NCBI GenBank assembly: GCA_965226375.1
Contig: CBDDCX010000008.1
Location: forward strand, 352,001 to 416,000
DNA length: 64,000 nucleotides
Source: Longimicrobiales bacterium
GTDB lineage: Bacteria; Gemmatimonadota; Gemmatimonadetes; Longimicrobiales; Gaopeijiaceae
Direction of reading: 5' to 3'
The position numbers were made by a program, and so were the translations under genes. This document shows positions 38,765 through 47,846 of the stretch, in pieces. Each line of letters begins with the position of its first letter. Within the stretch, counting starts at the first letter, position 1. The notes below the pieces were generated by a model. It saw only the letters and a list, made by a program, of their open reading frames with translations, did no database searches and was not told where the DNA came from.

Positions 38765-40156
38765 GTGACGAGCGACCCGTTCCCGCCCTCGATCCCGGCG
38801 ACTCCGATAGAAACGCGCGCCTACCCTCTCGCCGAGCAGATTCCGGCGGAGGTTCTGGACGCCGAGGTTCGGGAGTTGGAGCAGCTCCAGAGCCGACCGT
38901 TGCCGTTCCGGGTGCTCGGGTACTGCCGGTTGGGCGGCCCCGGCTTCATGAACGCCGCCGCCACGCTGGGAGCGGGGACTCTCACTGCCACGATGCTCGG
39001 CGCTGCCACCTTCGGCTACCGGCTCATATGGCTGACCTGGGTCTCGATGGGCCTCGGCGTCTTCATGATGGTGGCGATGGCGCGTTTCACGTGCCGGGGC
39101 GGCTTTCGGGTCATCGCGGTGCAGAACCGCTATCACGGTTGGGTCGTCGGCTCCCTCATGACCGCTCTGGTGGGAACGGTGTTCGTGGCTGTTCTCTTCA
39201 ACGCCGGCCAATATAGTCTGGGCTCTCATCTCATCGAGTCTCTCGCGCCCCTGCTCGGGTTCGAGTTCCCGCGCTCGGTCAATTGGATCGCCTACATGGC
39301 GATCACGACTTGGCTCGTGTTGAGCTACGGGCGTCGCGGCAGGCGCGGGGTGCGCTTCGTCGAAGGCTTCATGAAGGCGGGCATCGGCCTGATGCTTCTG
39401 TGCTTCGGGGCGAGCCTCATGGTTGTGGGTGTCGATTGGGGAGCCGCTCTTCACGGCATCTTCGTTCCGTGGCTCCCACCGGGTGGGGACGGACTCGATA
39501 TCTTCGTCGCCTCGTCTGCGGCCGCGATCGGGGTGATGGACTGGGTCTTCTTCAGCTACGCCGGGCTGGCCCGAGGTTGGGGACGTCGTCACGAGCAGCT
39601 GGCACGGTTCGATATCGTCATGGGCCTGCTGGTGCCGTTCGTCCTTGTCAACTTCATCGTTGCAGGTGTGTTCGCGGCCACGCTTTTCGAACGAGGCCTG
39701 CAACCCGACACGGCACAGCAGCTGGCGGAGGCGCTGGTGCCCCTCCTGGGACCGACCTGGGCGCCGGTCCTCTTCTACCTCGGCTTTCTCGCAGTGCCCA
39801 TCACTACAACGGTGGGGATGAGCATCGCCGGCGCCATGGCACTGCACGAGGCCTTTGGGTGGGAGCCCGACACCAGCTCATGGCGTTGGCGCGTGAGCGC
39901 CCTACTCCCTCAGATAGGCTTCTTGGCCGTTTGGTATCCCAACCCCATCTGGTTGATCATCGTCATCGGAGCTTTCCTGGCACTGACCAACAACATCGTG
40001 GGTTGGTCATTCTTTCTGTTGCTCAACGATCGGAGGGTGCTGGGAGACGATCGCTCGAGGTCCTATCTGTGGAACCTGGGTATCCTTCTCCAGATCACCC
40101 TCCTGAACTCGGTGGCGATCATCTACCTCTTCAACCGACTGGGCTGGTGGGCATGA
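38765..40156 (+). CDS. Nramp-like/APC-superfamily transporter
   Basis: About 11 TM segments; GPGFMNAAATLGAGT..GATFGYRLIW; no DPGN motif. Confidence 0.75.
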   Translation: MTSDPFPPSIPATPIETRAYPLAEQIPAEVLDAEVRELEQLQSRPLPFRVLGYCRLGGPGFMNAAATLGAGTLTATMLGAATFGYRLIWLTWVSMGLGVFMMVAMARFTCRGGFRVIAVQNRYHGWVVGSLMTALVGTVFVAVLFNAGQYSLGSHLIESLAPLLGFEFPRSVNWIAYMAITTWLVLSYGRRGRRGVRFVEGFMKAGIGLMLLCFGASLMVVGVDWGAALHGIFVPWLPPGGDGLDIFVASSAAAIGVMDWVFFSYAGLARGWGRRHEQLARFDIVMGLLVPFVLVNFIVAGVFAATLFERGLQPDTAQQLAEALVPLLGPTWAPVLFYLGFLAVPITTTVGMSIAGAMALHEAFGWEPDTSSWRWRVSALLPQIGFLAVWYPNPIWLIIVIGAFLALTNNIVGWSFFLLLNDRRVLGDDRSRSYLWNLGILLQITLLNSVAIIYLFNRLGWWA

Positions 40157-40193
40157 TGAAGTATCTCCCCAGGCGTCGGGTGCGCGGGGTCGT

Positions 40194-40394
40194 ATGATCG
40201 ACCTCGAGAAGCGCTACGGACCCTGGTCGGGCCGCATATGGGGCCTGATCCTCAATTTCGTCAGCAACGGTGTGGCCCTGTACGGAGTTGCCGGTGTGCT
40301 GGACAATGGCAGCCGCTGGCCTGTGCTGATCGCCGGCGTGGTGATGACCGCCATCTGCGTGCTGGTGCTCGCCAACCCCAGCCCGGACGAGTAG
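40194..40394 (+). CDS. Small 2-TM membrane protein (66 aa)
   Basis: Two hydrophobic helices; fills the gap after the transporter in the same orientation. Confidence 0.6.
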   Translation: MIDLEKRYGPWSGRIWGLILNFVSNGVALYGVAGVLDNGSRWPVLIAGVVMTAICVLVLANPSPDE

Positions 40395-40413
40395 TTGCGC
40401 TGTAGACGCGAGG

Positions 40414-41985
40414 TCACGACTCTCTTGCGGCCTCTTCGGCGGCCCGTTCTGCCAGAGCCGTCCGGTCGATCTTTCCGGTCCCACCAAGGGGAAGAGCATC
40501 GACGATGAAGGCTCGCCGCGGGTGCGCATACGGTGCGCCGCGCTCGAGAAAGAAGGCCTTCAGCTCGGTCTCGTCTGACACCCCGGGCTCCCTCTCGACG
40601 ACGAAGGCCACCGGCACCGCGCCCTTCACGGAGTGAGGCATGGGGACCACGCACGCGTCACGGATGTTGGGATGCCGCAGGAGGATGTCCTCGACCTCCT
40701 TGGGATAGACGTTCTCCCCGGCCACACTGATCATGTCGTCGTTCCGGCCCAGGAAGTAAAAGAAGCCGTCGACGTCCTGACGCATGACATCGCCGGTGTG
40801 GAGCCAGCCGTCACGGAACTTCTCCGCCGTAGCATCGGGCCGATTCCAGTATCCCTTCGCGAGACCCGGATTCCGGGTGACCAGCTCGCCCGGCTCGTCG
40901 GGGCCGACCTCGGTGACGCCGTCTTCGCCCACCAGCTTTACGTGGCATCCGTCGAAGGCCTTGCCACAGCTGCCCAGTCTCTTGTCGCCGTCGCGTGTGT
41001 TGATCACCGGGACCGGACCACCCTCCGTAAGGCCGTAGCTCTCCGCCATCTTGGCACCGAAGACATCCTCGAACTCCGAGAGGAGCTCCTCCGGCACCTC
41101 GGCCGAGCCGACCAGAGCGTAGCGGATCGAGCCGACGTCATGACGGGAGAGTGCTTCGCCTTCTGCGAGGATCATCTTGAACATGGCCGGGACGCCGGTC
41201 ATGAAGGTGACCCGGTAGCGCTCGATGGCCTGGATCACCTGCTTGGGCTCGAAGCCCTCGAGGATCACGAACGATCCGCCGACCAGAAGGAAGGGCTTTA
41301 CCGTTCCGATCATGGCGTTCTTGTGGTAGAGCGGAACCGCCACGAGGGCCCGCTCGTCCTGATTCAATTGGTGGGCCCGCCGGAGGACATCGGTGTTCCA
41401 GATTTGCCCTCGATGCGTCAGGAGGACCCCTTTGGGCTTCCCCGTGGACCCCGACGTGTAAGGCTGCATGCATACGTCGTCCGGGTCGAGCTTGCGCCGG
41501 GGCAGGGAGTTGGACGCTCCCGACATCGCTTCGGCGTAGTCGATCTCGTGAACGGCGCCGTCCCGCGCCCCCGAGCCTACCCCTTGGGGCAGCTCGAAGA
41601 TGAGTTTCGTGACGGCGGGGGTCCGAGCGGCGATCCTTCGGGCCCGCTCCACCATTCCCGAGCTCGCGATGAGAACTTCTGCCGAGGAGTCCGCCAGCAC
41701 GAAGGCGAGGGCCTCGTCTCCCATCCGGATGTTCAGGGGCACCGGCACGGCCCCAAGCCGCATCGGACCGAAACAAGAGTCCAAGAATCGGAAGTCGTTT
41801 TGGAACATGAGGGCCACGCGGTCCCCGGAGCCGACTCCCAGACCCGCGAGGACGTTCGCCATCTTGTTGCACCGGCCGTCGAGCTCCGCATACGTCAGAG
41901 TCGTATAACCCTGAAGCACCGCGGGAGCCGACGGCCTCGACCCGAGGGCGTCGTCGAAGATGTAGCCGAGCGTCTCGGGAAGCAT
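40414..41985 (-). CDS. Class I adenylate-forming enzyme (acyl-CoA synthetase)
   Basis: YTSGSTGKPKG, YGLTE, WLHTGD, GENVYPKEVE, TGKID. Confidence 0.93.
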   Translation of the reverse strand: MLPETLGYIFDDALGSRPSAPAVLQGYTTLTYAELDGRCNKMANVLAGLGVGSGDRVALMFQNDFRFLDSCFGPMRLGAVPVPLNIRMGDEALAFVLADSSAEVLIASSGMVERARRIAARTPAVTKLIFELPQGVGSGARDGAVHEIDYAEAMSGASNSLPRRKLDPDDVCMQPYTSGSTGKPKGVLLTHRGQIWNTDVLRRAHQLNQDERALVAVPLYHKNAMIGTVKPFLLVGGSFVILEGFEPKQVIQAIERYRVTFMTGVPAMFKMILAEGEALSRHDVGSIRYALVGSAEVPEELLSEFEDVFGAKMAESYGLTEGGPVPVINTRDGDKRLGSCGKAFDGCHVKLVGEDGVTEVGPDEPGELVTRNPGLAKGYWNRPDATAEKFRDGWLHTGDVMRQDVDGFFYFLGRNDDMISVAGENVYPKEVEDILLRHPNIRDACVVPMPHSVKGAVPVAFVVEREPGVSDETELKAFFLERGAPYAHPRRAFIVDALPLGGTGKIDRTALAERAAEEAARES

Positions 41986-41987
41986 GC

Positions 41988-43334
41988 TCAGTTCGAGCCG
42001 ACGGTACCCGTGGTCCGGAATCCCGGATCGTTCAGTGCTGGGAACGTCAGAGACCCGCGGTCCAGAACGTCACCTCCCTGGATGACGGTCACGATGTTCC
42101 GCGTGTCTGCGACATTCTCCGCGGGGTTGCCTTCGACCACGATGAGGTCGGCGATCTTGCCAACCTCGAGGGTGCCCCACTCGTCACCGGCGTTCATGAG
42201 TGCGGCGGCGTTTTTCGTGGCGGCCGAGATGGCCTCGAGGGGTGACAGCCCGGCCTCTACCAGGAGCTCCAACTCCCGGTGGACTCCTTCCCCTTGAAAG
42301 ACCCCGGGGTAGGGGGCGTCCGTTCCGGTTACGAGCGGCACGCCGGCGTCGTGCAGACGCTTCAGGTTGGCCTGTGCCGAAGCGAGCCGCTCGATGGAGC
42401 GGGACCGTCGCGCCGCATCACGATCGGTGACTTCTGATGTGCCCATGGCCCGCAAGTCGTCGAGAAACCACGGGGGCGTCGTCTGCGTGACGAGAGGATG
42501 ATCCAGAAAGCTCAAGTCTCCCAGGCGGCGCCATGATCCCCATTCGATCACGGCGAGGGTCGTGATGTTCGCGGTGCCGTTCTCCAGCATCTCGGCGACG
42601 GCGTCGTCACCCCACTCTCCCGTAGGTGCGTGGGCCAGGGCAGTCACGCCGGAGCGGACGGCGGTCCGGTGATCCTCGGGTGGACCCAGGTCCACCACCA
42701 CCCCCAACGACTCCTCCTCGGCGACCGCCACGAGGGAGTCGACCTGCTCGGCGTTTAGACCGCTGTATCCCTTGATCATATCCACGCCCGCGGCCTTCAG
42801 CTGCACGACGAAACTGCGCAGGTCCTCGTAGTTTGCGACGATGTAGGTGATGGGAGGCCACGCGGCGTCCGGGGCGTCCACCAGAGGTCCCACCATGTAG
42901 ATGCGGGGACCCGCGATGCGACCGGCCTCGATCTCAGATCGCATCTGCTGGATGAAGGGCAGGACGTTGCCCACGTCCAGCACCGTGGTCACGCCGGAGT
43001 AGAGCAGGGCGTTCAAGTAGCGCTGATAACCCAGCATGTCCGTAGAGAAGCCGTCCCAGCCACCGACGAGGTGGACGTGCATATCGGCAAGGCCGGGCAT
43101 GACCGTGTTCCCGCCTACATCGAGGACCCGAGCACCGTCCGGGATCAGGACATCCGTCGCAGAGCCGACCGCGCTGATGCGGTCCCCGGTCACCACGAGC
43201 ACACCGTCTTCTATCGGGGCGCCACCGTTCCCGTCGATGATCAGCGCGTTGGTGATGGCCAAGGTGTCGGAGTCGGGCTGAGCGCAGGCCAGGATGGCCA
43301 GGAACGCGAGCCCTCCCATGAATGATCGTTTCAT
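41988..43334 (-). CDS. Amidohydrolase family lipoprotein (imidazolonepropionase-like fold)
   Basis: Lipobox ILAC; PGLADMHVH, GVTTV, IKGY, GTDA, GKIADL. Confidence 0.88.
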   Translation of the reverse strand: MKRSFMGGLAFLAILACAQPDSDTLAITNALIIDGNGGAPIEDGVLVVTGDRISAVGSATDVLIPDGARVLDVGGNTVMPGLADMHVHLVGGWDGFSTDMLGYQRYLNALLYSGVTTVLDVGNVLPFIQQMRSEIEAGRIAGPRIYMVGPLVDAPDAAWPPITYIVANYEDLRSFVVQLKAAGVDMIKGYSGLNAEQVDSLVAVAEEESLGVVVDLGPPEDHRTAVRSGVTALAHAPTGEWGDDAVAEMLENGTANITTLAVIEWGSWRRLGDLSFLDHPLVTQTTPPWFLDDLRAMGTSEVTDRDAARRSRSIERLASAQANLKRLHDAGVPLVTGTDAPYPGVFQGEGVHRELELLVEAGLSPLEAISAATKNAAALMNAGDEWGTLEVGKIADLIVVEGNPAENVADTRNIVTVIQGGDVLDRGSLTFPALNDPGFRTTGTVGSN

Positions 43335-43356
43335 CGGTAGTCCTGTCGGTCCGCCG

Positions 43357-43858
43357 TCACAGCCACTCCATGACCCAGGTGAACTTGAAGGTCCCGTTGG
43401 TCCAGGCGTTCGAGCCCAGGAGGTCCACGACGGCATCACCGAAAGTGGGATCCGTATTGGTTTCCACGGTGACGGCGATGAAGTAGGGACTGTGCGTGGT
43501 CCAGTTGTCGTAGTTGAGCGTGTACCGTTCCTTGGACGAAGCTGTAGTCGGCGGGAAGGTAGGGGGCCAGGCCGGCCGGCATAGCCCCCACCGAGGCGTC
43601 CGGAGGCCACACATGGTTGTCCGCCATGTAGTTCATCACGCCTAAGCGCAGGACTTCGAGATCTGCGACAGCGTCCACGGCGCGCGCCTTGACCAAAGCC
43701 ATCTTGATGTTGGGCATGGCGATGGCCACGAGAATGGAGATGATCAGAGCCACGACCGCGAGCTCGACGAGCGTGAACCCGCGGCGGTCGCGAGGCCCGA
43801 AGATGGATCGCAGGGTCCTCTGGGTGCCCGTGCCGATCATGGCGACCGGGATCCTCAT
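43357..43858 (-). pseudogene. Type IV pilin/pseudopilin-like gene with a +1 frameshift
   Basis: RRG|FTLVELAVVALIISILVAIAMP prepilin motif. The frame breaks at DYSFV (about 43535) and protein-like sequence continues one base over as KERYTLNYDNW..TWVMEWL-stop. Confidence 0.72.
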
Positions 43859-44367
43859 GGTGCGCCCCCTTCCAGCACGATCTGGGCGTTACCCACGAGT
43901 TCCGTCAGCGGTTGGTCGGATACGTAGACGACGACCTGCTCACCCCGCACGGCTGTGAGCCGGAATCGACCGGGGCCGTCGGCAGCGTACTCGAAACGGT
44001 CGGCCCGGATGGTGTCCGGCACGGCCTCCTCTACCGTGGTTGGCAGTCTGCCCGTTCTCGCCTGGAAGTTCAGGATCCGGACCGCCACCACATATACGTC
44101 CATACGCAGGCCCGACTCCTGCACGATGGGCGGGGGTGGAGGGAAGGAGGGTGGCTGGAGGAAGGCCGGTGGAGAAACCCAGAGCCAGACCGACAGCAGG
44201 GTGAGCACTAAGGCCGCCACCGCGGGCGCGCGGCTCGGTCTCTTTGGCTGAGACCGAACTCCGTCTTGCCTTTCTTTACGCTCGACCTGGTCCTCGAGGA
44301 CGGCCTTGAGCGCATCACTGGCTTCCTGTCCTCTCGATGGTTGGGGTGGGGGGGGCTCTCGGCTCAT
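43855..44367 (-). CDS. Single-TM hypothetical protein, coupled to the pilin-like gene
   Basis: 170-aa ORF with one TM helix and a Pro-rich linker; ATGA overlap with the pilin-like gene. Confidence 0.7.
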   Translation of the reverse strand: MSREPPPPQPSRGQEASDALKAVLEDQVERKERQDGVRSQPKRPSRAPAVAALVLTLLSVWLWVSPPAFLQPPSFPPPPPIVQESGLRMDVYVVAVRILNFQARTGRLPTTVEEAVPDTIRADRFEYAADGPGRFRLTAVRGEQVVVYVSDQPLTELVGNAQIVLEGGAP

Positions 44368-44383
44368 GTCGCGCTCAGGAGCC

Positions 44384-44917
44384 TCACGGTTTGAGAGCCT
44401 CGATCACCCCCGCTACGGCGCGCTGCCATCGCTCGAGGTAGCTGTCGAATCCGTCAGCGAACTGCTGAACGTCCGGGTTCGCCCCCTCGGAGAGGGAGGT
44501 GATCCGGTGCTCCACGTGAACCACTGTGCCGCCGTCCGCCGGCTCCGTCAGGCGCATGTCGAACTCCCACGTCTCCATATCCGGAACGAAGATGACGTAC
44601 TTGATACGCTTCGGCGGATCGGAATCCACGACCGTCCAGATCTGTTGGATGCCCGCCCTCTTGTGGGTCTGGCGGAGCACGGCTCCGGGCTGTCCTTCAC
44701 CCGACGTGGGATAGAGGAGTTCTACGTCCCAGGCGGATGCTCGGAGTCGCTTGCCCCGGGGCTCCAGGGCGGCGAAGACTTCAGAAGGACTCGCCTGGAA
44801 GTGGACCGATCCGGATCGTTCGATGTGTGTGGGTTCGAACGAGTTCTGGGCGGAGACGCTCACGGGCACGGTTGCAATCGCCATGACCCCCAGGGCGCCC
44901 AAGTGAAATCCATTCAT
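44384..44917 (-). CDS. SRPBCC/START-like family protein with signal peptide
   Basis: ASPSEVFAAL, VVDSDPPKRIKY, GGTVVHVE; start ATG 44917 inferred. Confidence 0.7.
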   Translation of the reverse strand: MNGFHLGALGVMAIATVPVSVSAQNSFEPTHIERSGSVHFQASPSEVFAALEPRGKRLRASAWDVELLYPTSGEGQPGAVLRQTHKRAGIQQIWTVVDSDPPKRIKYVIFVPDMETWEFDMRLTEPADGGTVVHVEHRITSLSEGANPDVQQFADGFDSYLERWQRAVAGVIEALKP

Positions 44918-45075
44918 CTTCCAAGTTAGCCTCCGCGCGCCGGCATCGCTCGTGGAACATTCATTCCGTCCGTTGCTCGGTCGGGAAGTTAGGCTGTAGA
45001 ATGCTTCTCGACATCCGCTCACGGCCAACACTGCGATTCCGACCCCCGCCCGACGAATCCAATCGAGGTTACTCC

Positions 45076-46413
45076 ATGAAGATGCACCATACCCTCGTCA
45101 TTGCGCTCGTCCTGTCCGGCGCAACGCTGCTGGCGACAGGTTCGGTCCTCGCCCAGATCAATTCCGAGGTGCGTGGGAGCGACAACATAGAGGTCGTCGC
45201 CCACCTGCCGCTCGGAGAATTTCGGACCATCTCCGACGTCGAGGTCGAACAGGACATGTCCCGACCCTACGCCTATGTCGGTCGGCAGTTGGCCAGCGGA
45301 CGACCCCCGGAGACTCTCGTGGCGCGGGGTATGGACGTGATCGACATCAGCGACCCCGAGAACCCCAAAGTGCTGCATCGGTGGCGGATCGAGAATCCCG
45401 ACCTGCACGTGGGGGGCGGCGGCAAGGACATCAAGATCTTCAGCTGGAACGGCCGGCATTATGCGGTCCTGGCGACCCAGTTCCGCCAAGGCGGGCCGGA
45501 TGCGGACCTTGGAGCCATCATTTTCGACGTCACCGACCTTCCTGAGACGCTGACCGAAGTGGCTCGGATCCAGGGACCCGGAGAGCTTGGTGGCTTCCAC
45601 AACATCTACGTCTACAAACACTCCAACGGTCGGGTGCTGCTCTTCAGCACGGTCTCGGCTCCCCATGCCAACATCTACGACCTCGGATACGTGGTCGAAG
45701 GGCGGGTCGATGAGGCCTTGGTGGCCAACGTCCCCGTTCCAGCGGAGGGTGGCAGGGGCTATCACGACTTCTACACGGGCTATCATGCCGACAGCGAACA
45801 GGATCGCTTCTACGGCGGTGGTACCGGCGGATACTACGTGTACAACGTGACCGATCTGGAAAATCCGGAGCTCCTGGTGAGCCTGACGGGCATCAACGGG
45901 GTTCGCGGCGGGCACACCTTCACGCCGTCACCGGATGGCCGTTACGTGGTGGCCGAGACCGAGTATCAGTACGCACCGATCCGCATCTTCGATCTCAAGC
46001 CCGGTCTGGACGGTGAGGTCGCCAACATCAACCGGCCTATCTCCGCCTGGACGGCCAACTGGGAGAACCTGGTTCACAACCACGAGGTGCGCTGGCCGTT
46101 GGTTTTTGTGTCCGGATACCGAGATGGCCTGCAGATCTTCAGCCTTCAGGATCCCAAGCATCCGAAGACGGTTGGTCACTACGACACCAACATTGGGCTC
46201 GAGGAGGGTGTCAACATTACACACGGCGCCTGGGGTGTGGATGTACGCAACGCAGACGGCCTCATTTTGATCTCCGACATGTCGACGGGCTTGTGGCTCT
46301 TCCACATGGAGGGGTTCAACGGTTGGAACGGGTTGGACTACGGAATGCCGAACATCTCGAGTGAGCAGGACTTTGTGAACGGGCCTGCGGTCCAGGCGGT
46401 GACGAGGAACTGA
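45076..46413 (+). CDS. LVIVD-repeat beta-propeller protein (paralogue 2)
   Basis: Colinear and highly similar to 22056-23441; signal peptide. Confidence 0.85.
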   Translation: MKMHHTLVIALVLSGATLLATGSVLAQINSEVRGSDNIEVVAHLPLGEFRTISDVEVEQDMSRPYAYVGRQLASGRPPETLVARGMDVIDISDPENPKVLHRWRIENPDLHVGGGGKDIKIFSWNGRHYAVLATQFRQGGPDADLGAIIFDVTDLPETLTEVARIQGPGELGGFHNIYVYKHSNGRVLLFSTVSAPHANIYDLGYVVEGRVDEALVANVPVPAEGGRGYHDFYTGYHADSEQDRFYGGGTGGYYVYNVTDLENPELLVSLTGINGVRGGHTFTPSPDGRYVVAETEYQYAPIRIFDLKPGLDGEVANINRPISAWTANWENLVHNHEVRWPLVFVSGYRDGLQIFSLQDPKHPKTVGHYDTNIGLEEGVNITHGAWGVDVRNADGLILISDMSTGLWLFHMEGFNGWNGLDYGMPNISSEQDFVNGPAVQAVTRN

Positions 46414-46474
46414 GGGGACGAGTCGAACGATTGGGCAGATGACTGCCGATGCATCGAATCAAAAGAGGTGAGAC

Positions 46475-47794
46475 ATGAGAATGAATCGTACCGTAACGCT
46501 CGGCGCTCTGGTCGGCTTGGCCGTTCTCGCGACCGGCACAGCGCTGGCCGCGCAGGACGACTCCGAGGACCGGGGTAGCGCCAACATCGAGGTGGTCGCT
46601 CACATTCCGCTCGGCGTGGAGGTGTCGGACATCGAGGTCGAGCAGAACATGGACCGTCCGTATGTCTATGTCGCCCGTCAAAATCGCGGCCTGGACATCA
46701 TCGACATCGCAGACCCCTACGACCCCGAGGTCATTCTGCGGTGGAGCTTCGACGACCCGGATCTGCACGTCGGGTCCGCCGGGAAGGACATCAAGATCTT
46801 CGAGTACGAGGGACGTAACTACGTCGTGCACTCGGTCCAGTTCCGACAGGGTGGTCCTGACGCGGACCTCGGAGCCGTCGTGTTCGACGCTACGGACCTT
46901 CCCGACGTCTCGACGTTCAAGGAAGTGGGTCGGATCCAAGGGCCCGGTGAGCTCGGTGGATTCCACAACATCTACGTCTACCGGCACAGCAATGGCCGGC
47001 CACTCCTCTTTGCCACTGTTTCTGGGCCGTACGCCAACGTGTACGACCTGGGCTATGTGATAGACGGGCGTGTCGACGAGGCCCTCGTGGCCCAGGTTCC
47101 CGTTCCCGAGTCGCAGGCGGTTGCCGGCTCACGCGGCTATCACGACTTCTATACCGGATACGACGCCGACAGCGAGCAGGACCGCTTCTACGGTGGCGGC
47201 ACGGGCGGTTACTACGTGTACAACGTTACCGATCTCGAGAATCCGGAGCTCCTGGTGAGCCTTACCGGCATCAATGGCGTCACCCGCGGACACACGTTCA
47301 CGCCCTCTCCCGACGGCCGCTACGTTGTCGCCGAGACGGAGTACCAGTACGCCCCGCTCCGAATCTTCGACCTGAAGCCGGGCCTGGACGGTGAGGTCAC
47401 GAACATCCGGACGCCGATCTCGGCTTGGACGGCCAACTGGGAGAACCTGTCCCACAACCATGAGGTGCGTTGGCCTTATGTGTTCGTGTCCGCCTACCTG
47501 GACGGACTCCAGGTCTTTACCCTTTCGGACCCGAAGCACCCGAAGACGATCGCCCACTACGACACCTATCTCGAGACTGCGGAGGACAAGGAGCGGGCCA
47601 TGAACGGCTCCTGGGGTATCGACGTGCGTAACGCGGATGGACTGATTGTCATGTCTGATATCGAGACGGGCTTCTGGGCCTTCAAGATGGAGGGCTTCTC
47701 CGGTTGGAACGGACTGGACTGGGGCGTGCCGAACATCTCCAGCGCGCAGGACTGGGAGAATGGCCCGGCCGTTCAGGCACGCAGCCGGAACTAG
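46475..47794 (+). CDS. LVIVD-repeat beta-propeller protein (paralogue 3, tandem with 2)
   Basis: GAGGTG RBS; same motifs as paralogues 1 and 2. Confidence 0.85.
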   Translation: MRMNRTVTLGALVGLAVLATGTALAAQDDSEDRGSANIEVVAHIPLGVEVSDIEVEQNMDRPYVYVARQNRGLDIIDIADPYDPEVILRWSFDDPDLHVGSAGKDIKIFEYEGRNYVVHSVQFRQGGPDADLGAVVFDATDLPDVSTFKEVGRIQGPGELGGFHNIYVYRHSNGRPLLFATVSGPYANVYDLGYVIDGRVDEALVAQVPVPESQAVAGSRGYHDFYTGYDADSEQDRFYGGGTGGYYVYNVTDLENPELLVSLTGINGVTRGHTFTPSPDGRYVVAETEYQYAPLRIFDLKPGLDGEVTNIRTPISAWTANWENLSHNHEVRWPYVFVSAYLDGLQVFTLSDPKHPKTIAHYDTYLETAEDKERAMNGSWGIDVRNADGLIVMSDIETGFWAFKMEGFSGWNGLDWGVPNISSAQDWENGPAVQARSRN

Positions 47795-47798
47795 ACGG

Positions 47799-47839
47799 AC
47801 TCCCCCGGAACGACGACGATATCGTTCCCGGTTGGGAGT
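47799..47839 (+). terminator. Imperfect hairpin after the LVIVD pair
   Basis: actccc-ccggaacga...tcgttcccgg-tt-gggagt; no long U-tract. Confidence 0.3.
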
Positions 47840-47846
47840 TGAGGGC

